NCBI RefSeq assembly: GCF_006345805.1
Contig: NC_042997.1
Span: forward strand, 56,482,001 to 56,546,000
Direction: 5' to 3'
Length of the DNA stretch: 64,000 nucleotides
Origin: Octopus sinensis
Taxonomy: Eukaryota
Of this stretch, positions 53,425-64,000 are shown in pieces. A program made the position numbers and the translations under genes. The stretch's first letter is position 1, and the number at the start of each line of letters is the position of its first letter. Below the pieces are notes generated by a model that made no database searches, had not been told where the DNA came from, and saw only the letters and a program-made list of their open reading frames with translations.

Positions 53425-53630
53425 ATGAGGGAATGCTGAAAAGTTCCAGGCATTAAGGGTATTGCAAAAGGCTTGGTTGAGGCTTAACCTTCCCAGTTCT
53501 TTTAGAAAAACTGGAGGAACACTGCAATAAGTGTATAAATCTGAGAGGGGAATATGTTGAATAAGATCATTATTAACTGATCCTCCTGTATTTTCTTTTA
53601 CCCAAGGTCAGGAACGTTTTAGCACTCACT
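53425..53630 (+). mobile_element. Mariner-derived MITE
   Basis: Encodes LEEHCNKCINLRGEYVE* (mariner C-terminus); ends resemble inverted gagggaatgctgaaaagttcc / ggaacgttttagcactcactc. Confidence 0.7.
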
Positions 53631-54045
53631 CACAATTACCAACCATTCACAAAAAAAGACAATCTACATAGGAAGTGAGAATGAGAAAGGAGCTGAAAAA
53701 TATAGAAAAGAGTAAACTCAACAAAGCTAGATATTGATAAAGAGTGAAAAAGAGAATAAGAGAAACACATTGAAAAAAAAAGAAAAAGAAAAGAGAGTGT
53801 AAGGAAATGAAAAAGAAAATGAAAGGTTGTGACAGAGAGTGAAAGAAAAAAGGAGTGAAACATTGATAGTCATAGAGCATATCTGTTTATTTCTTCTTCC
53901 CCCATGCTCATAGATTTTACCTGTGCTCAGTCTTTTTAATAGCAAAAGCAGCAACAATGTGCAACATTGAATCCATTATATATTAGCATATGTGTGTGCT
54001 TTTTTGTATGAGTCAACCATATATATATATATTTATATATATGCA

Positions 54046-54876
54046 CACAGAGTGCAGTGAATAAACTGTTGTGTAAATTACGCAAAATGAAAATAACACT
54101 GACATCTCATTTTAACAGATATATTACAAAAATTATATAAAAATATCATGAAATACTAAAGAGTAAATTTATTCAATAAAATCGCTTTCGGCTTCAACCA
54201 TGGCCCCCAGCTGACTTCAGAATCTCCTGCAACTTTTCTGGACAGTCTCCTTGTTTAAGTTGGTGAATGCTACCATAATCTTGCCTGTCTTTCGCTCAAC
54301 TGCACCCCACACATAATAATCAAGGGGGTTGCAGTCCAGGAAGTTAGGTGGCCAGATGTTAGGGGTGATGTGGTCGCAGAAATTGTCTGACAGCCATGAT
54401 TGGGTTCTGCTGCTTGTGTGGCATGGTGCACAGTCCTGTTGCCAGACATAGGGTCTTCCAGCAGCCACCCTCTTCATCGAGGATAGCACTACCTCCTCCA
54501 GGCACTTGATGTAGGCTTCTGTGTTGAGTCTGAGGTCATGTGGAAAGATGAATGGAGGCATAACATCGCCATCACTAGTGATCACTCAAAACATCATGAT
54601 ACTGGCTGGATGTTTGATTTTTATCACTCAGTACATGTCCTCAGATTGCACTGCCCTCAGATTGGCATCCAAAACACTCTGAAATTAGAGCTTCTGGCAT
54701 GAATGCCAAGCAGTACAGCATGTCATTTCCAAATTTCTGCGTCATGGTGCTATTTTTCTCACAGATGGTGCCCAACTAACCCTACTATACTATGTAGTTC
54801 TCAAAATCAAAACAAACAATGCACATGTGCAAAATTAAAAATATTAAATGGCGACAATTTACCCATCGCACCCTGT
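54046..54876 (-). mobile_element. Internally deleted Tc1/mariner maT (DD37D) element with both TIRs
   Basis: ORF 54217-54585 WQQD-(37 aa)-NPLDYYVWG. Right TIR ggcgacaatttacccatcgcaccctgta at about 54849-54876; decayed left TIR cagagtgcagtgaataaactgttg at about 54048. Confidence 0.85.
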
Positions 54877-55109
54877 AATTATACACATACACACGCTCCC
54901 TCCTCAGTAGGGGTCTGTGCTTCATCCCCCTCACTCCACCCAGCAATGAATTTTGGACTCATGCCGATATCCACAGCTTTGTGCACCGCATTAGGTTGTG
55001 TGCGCTTTTCTGCGACACTCCACCTGCATATCATGAGGAAGACTGCTTCACCAACCTGGGCCGCTGACCATCCCAGTGGATGCCAGCTCCTGGCCAGTTC
55101 CAAGCAGTC

Positions 55110-55225
55110 GATCCAGCCACATTATCATGTCTCCTTTTGTAGTGCTTTTGGGCCAGTCACATGTGAGATTACCTCATTTTTACTGCCATACATCCTACAA
55201 AGGCATGATTCACTGCTCTTATCTA
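55110..55225 (-). pseudogene. R4/Dong/NeSL-type (REL) retrotransposon CCHC-knuckle fragment
   Basis: CRMYGSKNEVISHV...(fs) YKRRHDNVA, typical of CRxCxxxxETxxHIxxxC...KRRHDxVA. Confidence 0.6.
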
Positions 55226-55394
55226 TTTGGACCAATTGTAATTTGATATATACATTTATGGGGCCATAGTAGAAGACAAGTGATTGAGTCCTTGGGTGAT
55301 TTGCTGTGCTTGAGAAGACACATTGCGTGAAATTGTAGTTGTGGCCAGTGCCAGTGATACATAAACTATGCCATTGATGCACAAAAGTCATCTG

Positions 55395-55571
55395 TACTAG
55401 TGACACATAAAAGACAGCCATGCCAGTGACACATAAAAAGCACCCACTATACTCTTGGAGTGGTTGGCATTATGAAGGGCATCCAGCTGTAGAAACCAAG
55501 CCAAATCAGACTGGAGCCTGGTACGGCTCTCCAGTTTACCAGTCCCAGTCAAACTCATGCCAGCATGGAAA

Positions 55572-55608
<37 letters not shown>

Positions 55609-55610
55609 CG
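55395..55610 (+). mobile_element. RTE 3'UTR-only copy
   Basis: Same UTR consensus; long (atg)n tail. Confidence 0.8.
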
Positions 55611-56469
55611 ACAACGAGGGCTATAGTAGAAGACATTTGATCAAGGTGCCACTGAACCTGAAACAATGTGATTGGAAATTATCTTGTCTCAGGACAAATT
55701 GGTTTTAAAACAGAAATCTGAATTACTGAACTATTGTGGATAGACTTCAAAATTTTTTGGTTTCACTGAGCAATCAGTGTATATAACCATTTCTCCCTAC
55801 TGTTTTTATCATTATTACTTAACCTTTTATTAATTTCTGACCATCACATTCAATCTTTATACATTTTTTTACAGTTTTTACATAATATGGCTTTTCATCA
55901 CTCAAGTTATAGGTTATATATATGGTTTTGCCCTTAATAGTAATATAAAGAATTTTATATTACTCCAGCTTGAATTTATTACACTGATTTTGTATTGATG
56001 CTGTTTTTTGTTTGTTTTTTTTCCTTTTTCAGTGTCCTTGCATATTTGCTTTCCACACTATCACTTTCTGTTGAAATTGTATTTGCCTGATCATCCCACG
56101 TGTGTGTGCATGTGATTATCCAGTCTGTATGTCTGCATAACATACTTTATTGTACTTTAAACGCCTATGAATAAATTACATAATATAGAATATAATATCA
56201 GTTTCTCTGATATAATCATGCTAAATGTGAGTAATAGAACTGCAAATAATGTCTCCTTGTTTTATGTCTTTTTTTGTGTTTTTTTTCTCCATGTAACATA
56301 AGAGAAAGTGGAGCACACAAAATTGTGTATATGACGTACCAAGGCAGAGTTAAAGAAATATATTTCCTAACTAAATATTCTGAGAAACATGACTGCAATA
56401 ATGGATTCAAATTTTAATAGGATAAACTATGATAAACTTTTCATCTTCTAAAACTACGATTTACAGGTA

Positions 56470-56536
56470 TATATGTGCGTGTGTGTGTGTGTGTATAAAA
56501 TATATGTGTGCATGTGCATATATATATGTATGTATG

Positions 56537-56571
<35 letters not shown>

Positions 56572-56614
56572 ATATATATATATGTGTGTGCATATATATG
56601 TGTGTGTGTGTATG

Positions 56615-56705
<91 letters not shown>

Positions 56706-56820
56706 GTGTGTGTATATATATGTGTGTGTGAGTGTGTATGTATATATATATGTGTGTATATATATATGTATATACATATGTGTGTGTGTGTGTGTGTGTA
56801 TGTATATATGTGTATGTATC
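56470..56820. repeat. Compound (GT)n/(TA)n microsatellite
   Basis: Alternating GT and TA blocks, visible directly. Confidence 0.97.
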
Positions 56821-58329
56821 AGTGGTCACACTGATTCTGCCTAAGAGTATAAGTGTCTAGGTCTCTCAGTCACATGCATGCTAATGATCAACCATTGGAA
56901 GGCACCACTTAGATATATATTGACAGCGGAATAAATAAAAGAAGACCATTAATTCTTATTCAGATATGATTTCATTTCTTTCAGAGGGTTAAATTTTCAT
57001 CTTGATATCAACTTTATTAATACATAATAACTAGAGCCTATAAGGTGGCGAATTTAGCTGGTAACATTGGTCCAGGGGTGAGACCATGGAGGGACCTGTG
57101 ACTATCTTCTAGGTCCTTCCTTAGAAAGAAAAAAAACTTTACAACCCCTTGAAACTTAAGAGGACTTCCCCTTTCAGAACCTGAAGATATCTTGTTTTGC
57201 TTCCTCAGTTTTCTCTCCAAAGCCCTGCTTCAACTCCTTCAACTCACTGATTTGGGCCCTTTTATTTAAATACTTTGATTATGATTGATAGTGATTGTGA
57301 GTGTATACATATTTCATTGTTAATCTACCTGACCTTTCAATTTAAGAGAGTTGCTCCAGCATGGCTGCGGCCTTCAGGCTAAAACATTTTTAAGGATTTA
57401 AGGATTTATATCATTGCTGTAATAATGGTTAATTTTTCCCTATAGCTTAGTCAGAGGAGGAAGAGTATTATCTATGGCTGTTGCATGGTCCATGAAGTTT
57501 GTGGAATAAAATAATTCATAGGTTGCTGCAGTAGGAAAAAACACATCAAGAAATCAAGATATTCTCAGGTTGGACACTTGGTTTGAATGCTTGCAACAGA
57601 GCATATTCCACTTAAGAAAACCTGAGGCTAAAGCTAAACAGGGTGATGCATAAGGATTAGAACCACCATCCAAGAAGAGATAAAGACCACTTCTGCCCAG
57701 TTCTATCTATCCACTTTCACTCACACACCTTAAGTTGACCTAATACTATGTATTTATTGTGTTGCATAGAGGGATAAAACTTACAATCACATGATTGTAA
57801 AGTAAAGCAATCATACAGTCATGCCTGTATGCGTCCTACGTAATCAAAAGCAGACACATTTTTCGCATATCTTTCTAAAGTTAACCTATGGTAGAGTAAG
57901 TACAATGCTACTGATTTCATGCAATATAATCAGGAATAAGTCAGTCTGACAATGCTCCTATTTCTTATTACATTTCTGCAGCCACCTAATATATTTTGTC
58001 CCATTTTAAGTAACCAAGCGATTTGTAAACAAGTTTCAAAACTTATCTTTGTTCGGAGAAGTGAAACTCACATGGCGTAACATGCGTGAACTATTTTGAC
58101 AAGAGTATGACTAACAATAATGCTTCATGCTGATTTATAACTGAAAGCTTTGACAAATGAATGACAAAATCGAAAGCAAGTCTTTCAAATGAAACGTTGC
58201 CCTACATTTTAAAAAGTATAAAGGCGTGTACTTTATTTTAAATTGGTAATGCTAATATATGAAAATAATTTGTCAACTGTCATTTCAGTGCATTCGATAA
58301 AATAGCTCCAGAATAAACATGAATGAAAT

Positions 58330-58730
58330 ACAAAAGTAATTGGTATTGACTTGTATTGGTGGTTGTGTTTCTTAGAAAGTTGATTTTGGAGTTAGGTTTA
58401 GAGTTAGGGTTAGTTAGGGTTAGGGTTAGGGGTGGAGGAAGGGTATCTTTTTTTCTTCAGAAATGTAAATAAACCCAATCTGTTTCTTAAACGAGGGACA
58501 TTTTCATATGGCACAGAATGTTTTCACCTCAATAGACGTCATTGATTGGTTGAAATTGCAGAAATTGAAGAAAAAAACAACAAATATCTTACAAACTATA
58601 GCATTTTTTCAATAAAGCCAAGAGAAAAAGATGTTTTATAAACACATTCTACTAGTATGCGAAGTTTAAAAGTGTTTAGTTACGTGGAAATTATTTTAAA
58701 AGGCTGCCGTTCAAACCGAAAAGATCCATA
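58330..58730. mobile_element. Interspersed element with a short interstitial (TTAGGG)n tract
   Basis: gagttagggttagttagggttagggttagggg at 58401-58432 within a non-coding element ending ...ggctgccgttcaaaccgaaaagatcc. Confidence 0.5.
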
Positions 58731-60439
58731 CTTTTTTGTAGAACTTCTGTCTGGGTTGGAGATCATTTATGCCAGCTTTGATTTACGCAAGCTTAATTAA
58801 CTAGACTGGTAGTAACATGATGAGAAGCAATGATGAACATTAAATTATGCAAAGAGCCCAGTTTAGAGTTTAATGGTTGGAGAAGATATGGTTCGAAGTT
58901 GTTGTTTAGCCTTATCCTGCTTCGAGCACATATATGATCAAAGGGTCTGACCACTCCTATTTTTGGGTATTGTATATCTAGGATTACATTATCCAATGCG
59001 GCTCCCTTTTCATGACGGCAGGATGTAATTTGGGGAAGATTTGACTGTTATGTCTAGCAGATTAAATAATTTTGTGGAAGCTCCCTCTTGTTTTGCAATT
59101 GAAATGACAAGTGATTAAACGTAGATGGCCTTATCACTGAGTACCATTTGCTCTCAGCCGTTTCATTACCATGGAATACCATTTTGGTTTTTCTTGTGTT
59201 GACCTTTCATATTCACTGTATTTCAAACCTGTCCAGTTCTTGAAATTAATTCTTGGTTTTCTCTTTCCTTTCTGCATTCATTTTACCTTCTAACAGTTTG
59301 TGTAAACCATTTTCCCTGTCTCCAAAACATTTTTGGTTTGTTTTTTGGATTTTTTTTTCATGCGGGTGTCTCATAAAATTTTCCTAGTTTTTACCATTTT
59401 TAGTATTCCATCATTGCTTTTATGTTCTGTCTACGATATCTTAAAAAAGAATATTACTGTCAGGATTCTATATGCCTGTATTTCATTTACAATCTCTTTG
59501 ATAGTATTTTTTTTTACTTATGTCCGCGTTTCACCTCTGATATAGTAGAGTAGACCTTAACATTTTAATGATCACACCAGACAAAAAAATTAGTGGCATT
59601 TCTTCTGGCTTTAGTTCAAATTCCACCAAGGTTTTTTTTATATATTTTTCATCGTTTTGGAGTCGACACAATAAAGTACCAGTCAAGTACTAGGGACGAT
59701 ATAATCGACTATCCCCCTTCCCACGTTTCAGGCCTTATGCTTATATTAAAGATATTAATGCTGTCTGATGTTAATACGTTTGATATTTACTTCAGATGGT
59801 TTAGTAGCTCTCTGAATCCATCTCAGTTCACCATGTAAGAATATTTTACAAGAACATGATAAACCAACGATTGTTGCTCTGTATATTTTGAATATTTAAT
59901 GTCTTTATCACAGAAACTTAGAACGGTCGTATCTTGTTTGACACAAAATAGTCATGAATAACAAGCAAGATGATTATGAAACAATGAATATCTTGGTGAA
60001 AAGAAAATACACATCAAGAGATAAAAAAAAATTAACGAAGGAAACTTCTATACGGTCGTTTTATTCGCTAGAAATAGCAGTCGAGTTTCCCTCCAATCAC
60101 TCATCTTATCATAAGAAGACTAAATTAGATAATGTAGATAGATTCTGCAATATATAAAGATGGAATAGTTATGATTAGAACACTATTGGTCATTGGTCTA
60201 CTCAGTCAGGACTTAACTGGGATTAAACAACAAATGCAAACATGGGGGGAGGGTAAGTCATCTAAGAGTCTAAATTGGGACTCGAAGGTTCATGATACCT
60301 GCGGAGTATCTCCTCCTATTACAATTATTTTCTGTAGTCTTAGAATCTGGAACTCAAAAAAAGAAGCTTACAAGTGGATGCAATTCAATGGTTGTTTATT
60401 TAGTTCTCATTCATGGGCTTCGCTCCCGGCGACCATTTA

Positions 60440-60680
60440 TCTTCCCACATGGCCTCAGACTCAACATGGAAGCCTACATCAAGTCCCTGGAGGAGGTAGT
60501 GCTGACCTGGGTCAAGAGGGTGGCTGCTAGTAGACCCTGTCTGGCAACAGGACTCTGCACCATGCCACACAAGCAGGAGAACCCAGTTATGGCTGTCAGA
60601 CAATTTCTGTGACCACATCACCTCTAACATCTGGCCACCTAACTCCTCAAACTGCAAACCCTTTCAATTATTATGTGTGG
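60440..60680 (+). pseudogene. maT transposase fragment (same family as 54 kb)
   Basis: PFIFPHGLRLNMEAYIKSLEEVVLTWVKRVAA...WQQDSAPCHTSRRTQLWLSDNFCDHIT with a frameshift. Confidence 0.85.
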
Positions 60681-61017
60681 GCAGGGCCGGCTCAAGGTAC
60701 CGGCAACTCGGGCAATTGCATGGGGCGCCATGTGCTACCAGGCACCAAGGAGGGTGTGATAAAGATGTGGAAATTTCCACGGCTGTCAGATTGTACACAC
60801 CCAAGTTCAGCTAGCCCAGGGTGTCAGCAGCTCGGTGTGTACAAGCTAAGCAAGAGCACACACAAAGACGGAAAGTGTCTCTGAAGAGGTCACAGTTGTG
60901 TGACAAAAGATTTCCAGACAATGGACATGAGTTAAAATAAGAACAGTAATAAACGAGTGATGAACGAATATATAGTGCATGTGTTTATTTGATAAAGAAT
61001 TAGCATTCGGAAATACA

Positions 61018-61460
<443 letters not shown>

Positions 61461-61499
61461 ACTGGTGAAGGCTGGTTTATAGGGTTAAAATGGGTTTCT

Positions 61500-62830
61500 C
61501 ACAATTAACGTCTGTCATTCCATGCTGGCATGGGTTGGACGGTTTGCCTGATGTCTGGAGAGCCAGCGGCTGCACCAGGCTCCAATCTAATCTAGCAATA
61601 TTTCTACAGCTGGATGCCCTTCCTAATGCCAACCACTCCAAGAGCGTAGTGGGTGCTTTTTACATGTCACTGGCACAGAAGCCAGTCAGTGGGGCCTGGC
61701 ATCAGTCACGTTTGGATAGTGATTTTTATGTGCCACAAGCATGGGGGCCAGTCAGGGGATACTGGCATCGGCCACGTTCGGATGGTGCTTTTTACATGCC
61801 ACCGGCATAGGAGCCAGTCAGGGGGCACTGGCAACAACTACGATATTGGTTTTACTTGACTCAACAAGTCTTTTCAAGCATATCATATCGCCTGATGCAT
61901 CAGGGGTACTTTAAACTGGACTGGACATGCATGGCTACGATCTCACTTTGGTTGCCAAGTTTTCTCAATCACAAAATATCACCAAAGGTATTGGTCTCCT
62001 GTCATTGCCTCTGTCAGGCCCAATGTTTGAAGGTCATGTTTCACCACCTCATCCCATGTCTTCTTGGGTCTACCTCTACCACATGTTCCACAATTAGGGA
62101 GTGACACTTCCTCACACTACTGTCCTCATCCATACACAATACATGACCATACCAGCGCAGTCATCTCTCTTGCACACTATACTTGATGCTTCTTATGCCC
62201 AACTTTCCTCTCAGGGCGCTTACACTCTGTCTTGTATGCACACTGACATTACACATCCAGTGGATCATACTAGCTTCATTTCTTTTAAGCCTACACATGT
62301 CCTCAGCAGTCATGTCCAATGCTTCGTTGCCGTGTAGTATAGCAGTTCACACACATGCATCATACAGTTTACCTTTCATCCTGAGCGAGAGGCCCTTTGT
62401 TGTTGCCAACAGTGGTAGGAGCTCCCTGAACTTTGCCCAGGCTATTCTCATTGTAGCCGCTACACTCTCAGAACAACCACCCTCACTACAGACTTGGTCG
62501 CCTAGGTAGTGGAAGCTATTAGCTACTTCTAGTTTCTCCACCTGGCATGTGATGGAATCTATTTTCTGTACATCTTCAGTGTTTATTGCCCCTGTGCATC
62601 TGCCACACACAAAAAACTATTTTCCCGGTTAACCTTACTTTGATATTGCTGCACCTTTTATGTATCCATAGCTTGCACCGGGCACATCGTATAGAGTTTC
62701 TACCCACGCCTTTTCTACAGATCGAGTAGGACCATCTACCTGAAGGGGATTGTGATTTGACAGCCTTCCTACTAAGACTTTAGTTTTCGCTAGATTAACC
62801 CTAAGGCCCTTCGATTCTAGAAGAAGCACA
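61500..62830 (-). mobile_element. RTE-clade LINE, longer degenerate 3' fragment
   Basis: ESKGLRVNLAKTKVLV, LEVANSFHYLGD...IAWAKFRELLPLL...KGKLYDACV, and GRGRPKKTWDEVVKHDL in broken frames, followed by the family 3'UTR. Confidence 0.9.
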
Positions 62831-62859
62831 CTCTAAAACATACAGCAGTAATGTATTTA

Positions 62860-63590
62860 CATGCAGTTAAATATATGACCGGTCATAGAGTGACTAATTG
62901 GTTTCGTATTCATAAAGGGCTTAGTCCCATGGATGAAATGCAGTTTAGTTTATGTCTGGTCATAGAGTGACCAATGGTTTTGCATCTATAAAAGGCTTAG
63001 CCCCATGGACGACCCGTCAGACTTTATAGCCGAAGGTATATAGTTTTTCAACTCTGGGAGGTTCAAAAAAAGTTGAAGAATGATATGTCTTTGGCTTTAG
63101 AGTCTGATGAGTCATCCATGGGGCTAAGCTCTTTATGGATGTGAAACCATTGGTCACTCTATGACCAGACATATACTTAACTGCATTTCATCCATGGGGC
63201 TAAGCTCTTTATGGATGTGAAACCATTGGTCACTCTATGACCTGACATATACTTAACTGCATTTCATCCATGGGGCTAGGCCCTTCATGGATGCGAAACC
63301 ATTGGTCACTCTGTAAGAATTAGCACTTCCTTCTCTAAGCCTAGATTCGAAACCGAATCCAAGAATCCTCGGTCGCCATTTTTAATCATAAATCGGTTTA
63401 TGTATTTGTTTACATACACACTTAACCACTACAACTCTATTACCAGACATATACTTAAGTGCATTATACATACATACACATATATATATATGTGTGGTTT
63501 CACATCTATAAAGGGCTTAGCCCCATGGATGGCTCATCAGACTCTAAAGCCAAAGGCATATCATTCTTCAATTCTTTTTATAGTTTAGAC
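62860..63590. repeat. Head-to-head hammerhead-bearing element with 76-bp tandem units
   Basis: Minus module 62860-63053 (HHR plus one extra unit), plus module 63070-63312 (HHR plus units at 63113, 63189, 63265), and a truncated minus module at 63510-63585. Confidence 0.85.
63099..63160 (+). ncRNA. Type I hammerhead ribozyme motif with GUC site
   Basis: AGAGU-CUGAUGA-G(U)CAUCCAU...AUGGAUGU-GAA-ACCAUUGGU-C^-ACUCU; 5-bp stem I. Confidence 0.8.
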
Positions 63591-63714
63591 TCTTTTTATA
63601 GATTAGACAGACAGACAGATAGATAGGTGTGTATGTGTTTGTGTTTGCCTCCCACCACCACTTGACAATCAGTGTTGGCGTATTCACATACCCGTAACTT
63701 AGCAGTTTGGCAAA

Positions 63715-64000
63715 ATAGGCGGCGAAGTTTCGTATGTCGTAGATATCAGATTTCCGTCGATTTCCGTAAAAAATTTTTATTTTTTTTACACATAAGTAAT
63801 GAGAGCGAAAGAGACTAAGAGGAAGCGATTTTACGACGAGAAGGTTTCACTTTGAAGTCGCCTGTGTGCGTTTGATGGGGTGTGGGAGACAGACAGTAAT
63901 GTTGTGTAAGTGAAGTGCTTCTGTTAGTGTGTGCGAAGAGACAGAGAGAGTAATGTGTGAAGAGAGAATAACTGATTTTTTACTCGGTGTATGTGTATAT
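63715..64000. mobile_element. CpG-retaining DNA-transposon-like terminus (runs off the window)
   Basis: gtatgtcgtagatatcagatttccgtcgatttccgtaaaaaatttt shares the ttccgtaaaaattt motif with the 40.7-kb foldback arm. Confidence 0.35.

Noticed and set aside
58401-58432. True telomere or chromosome-fusion site
   Set aside because: Only about four imperfect units, embedded in an interspersed element, with no head-to-head CCCTAA tract.

Overview
AT-rich, microsatellite- and transposon-dense animal genomic DNA. The SINE, RTE and maT repeat families look like Octopus or another coleoid cephalopod. The main gene is on the minus strand: the 5' part of an LRRK2-type (ROCO kinase) gene. I reconstructed 14 phase-consistent GT-AG exons by hand (37183 down to 1062, about 540 aa of N-terminal armadillo repeats), and the gene continues beyond position 1. 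The introns and upstream region hold a 5'-truncated, near-intact CR1/L2-like LINE (14.0-16.6 kb), RTE LINE remnants with many 3'UTR copies, tRNA-derived SINEs, maT/mariner, hAT and piggyBac-type relics, foldback elements and a 4 x ~1.15-kb tandem array. The least expected signal is a set of type I hammerhead-ribozyme motifs of the Penelope-associated kind at 50.3, 50.7 and 63.1 kb, plus broken copies. One lies in a head-to-head element with a 76-bp array that repeats only the cleavable 3' half of the ribozyme. Homology calls come from recalled family motifs and by-eye alignment; no database search was run.
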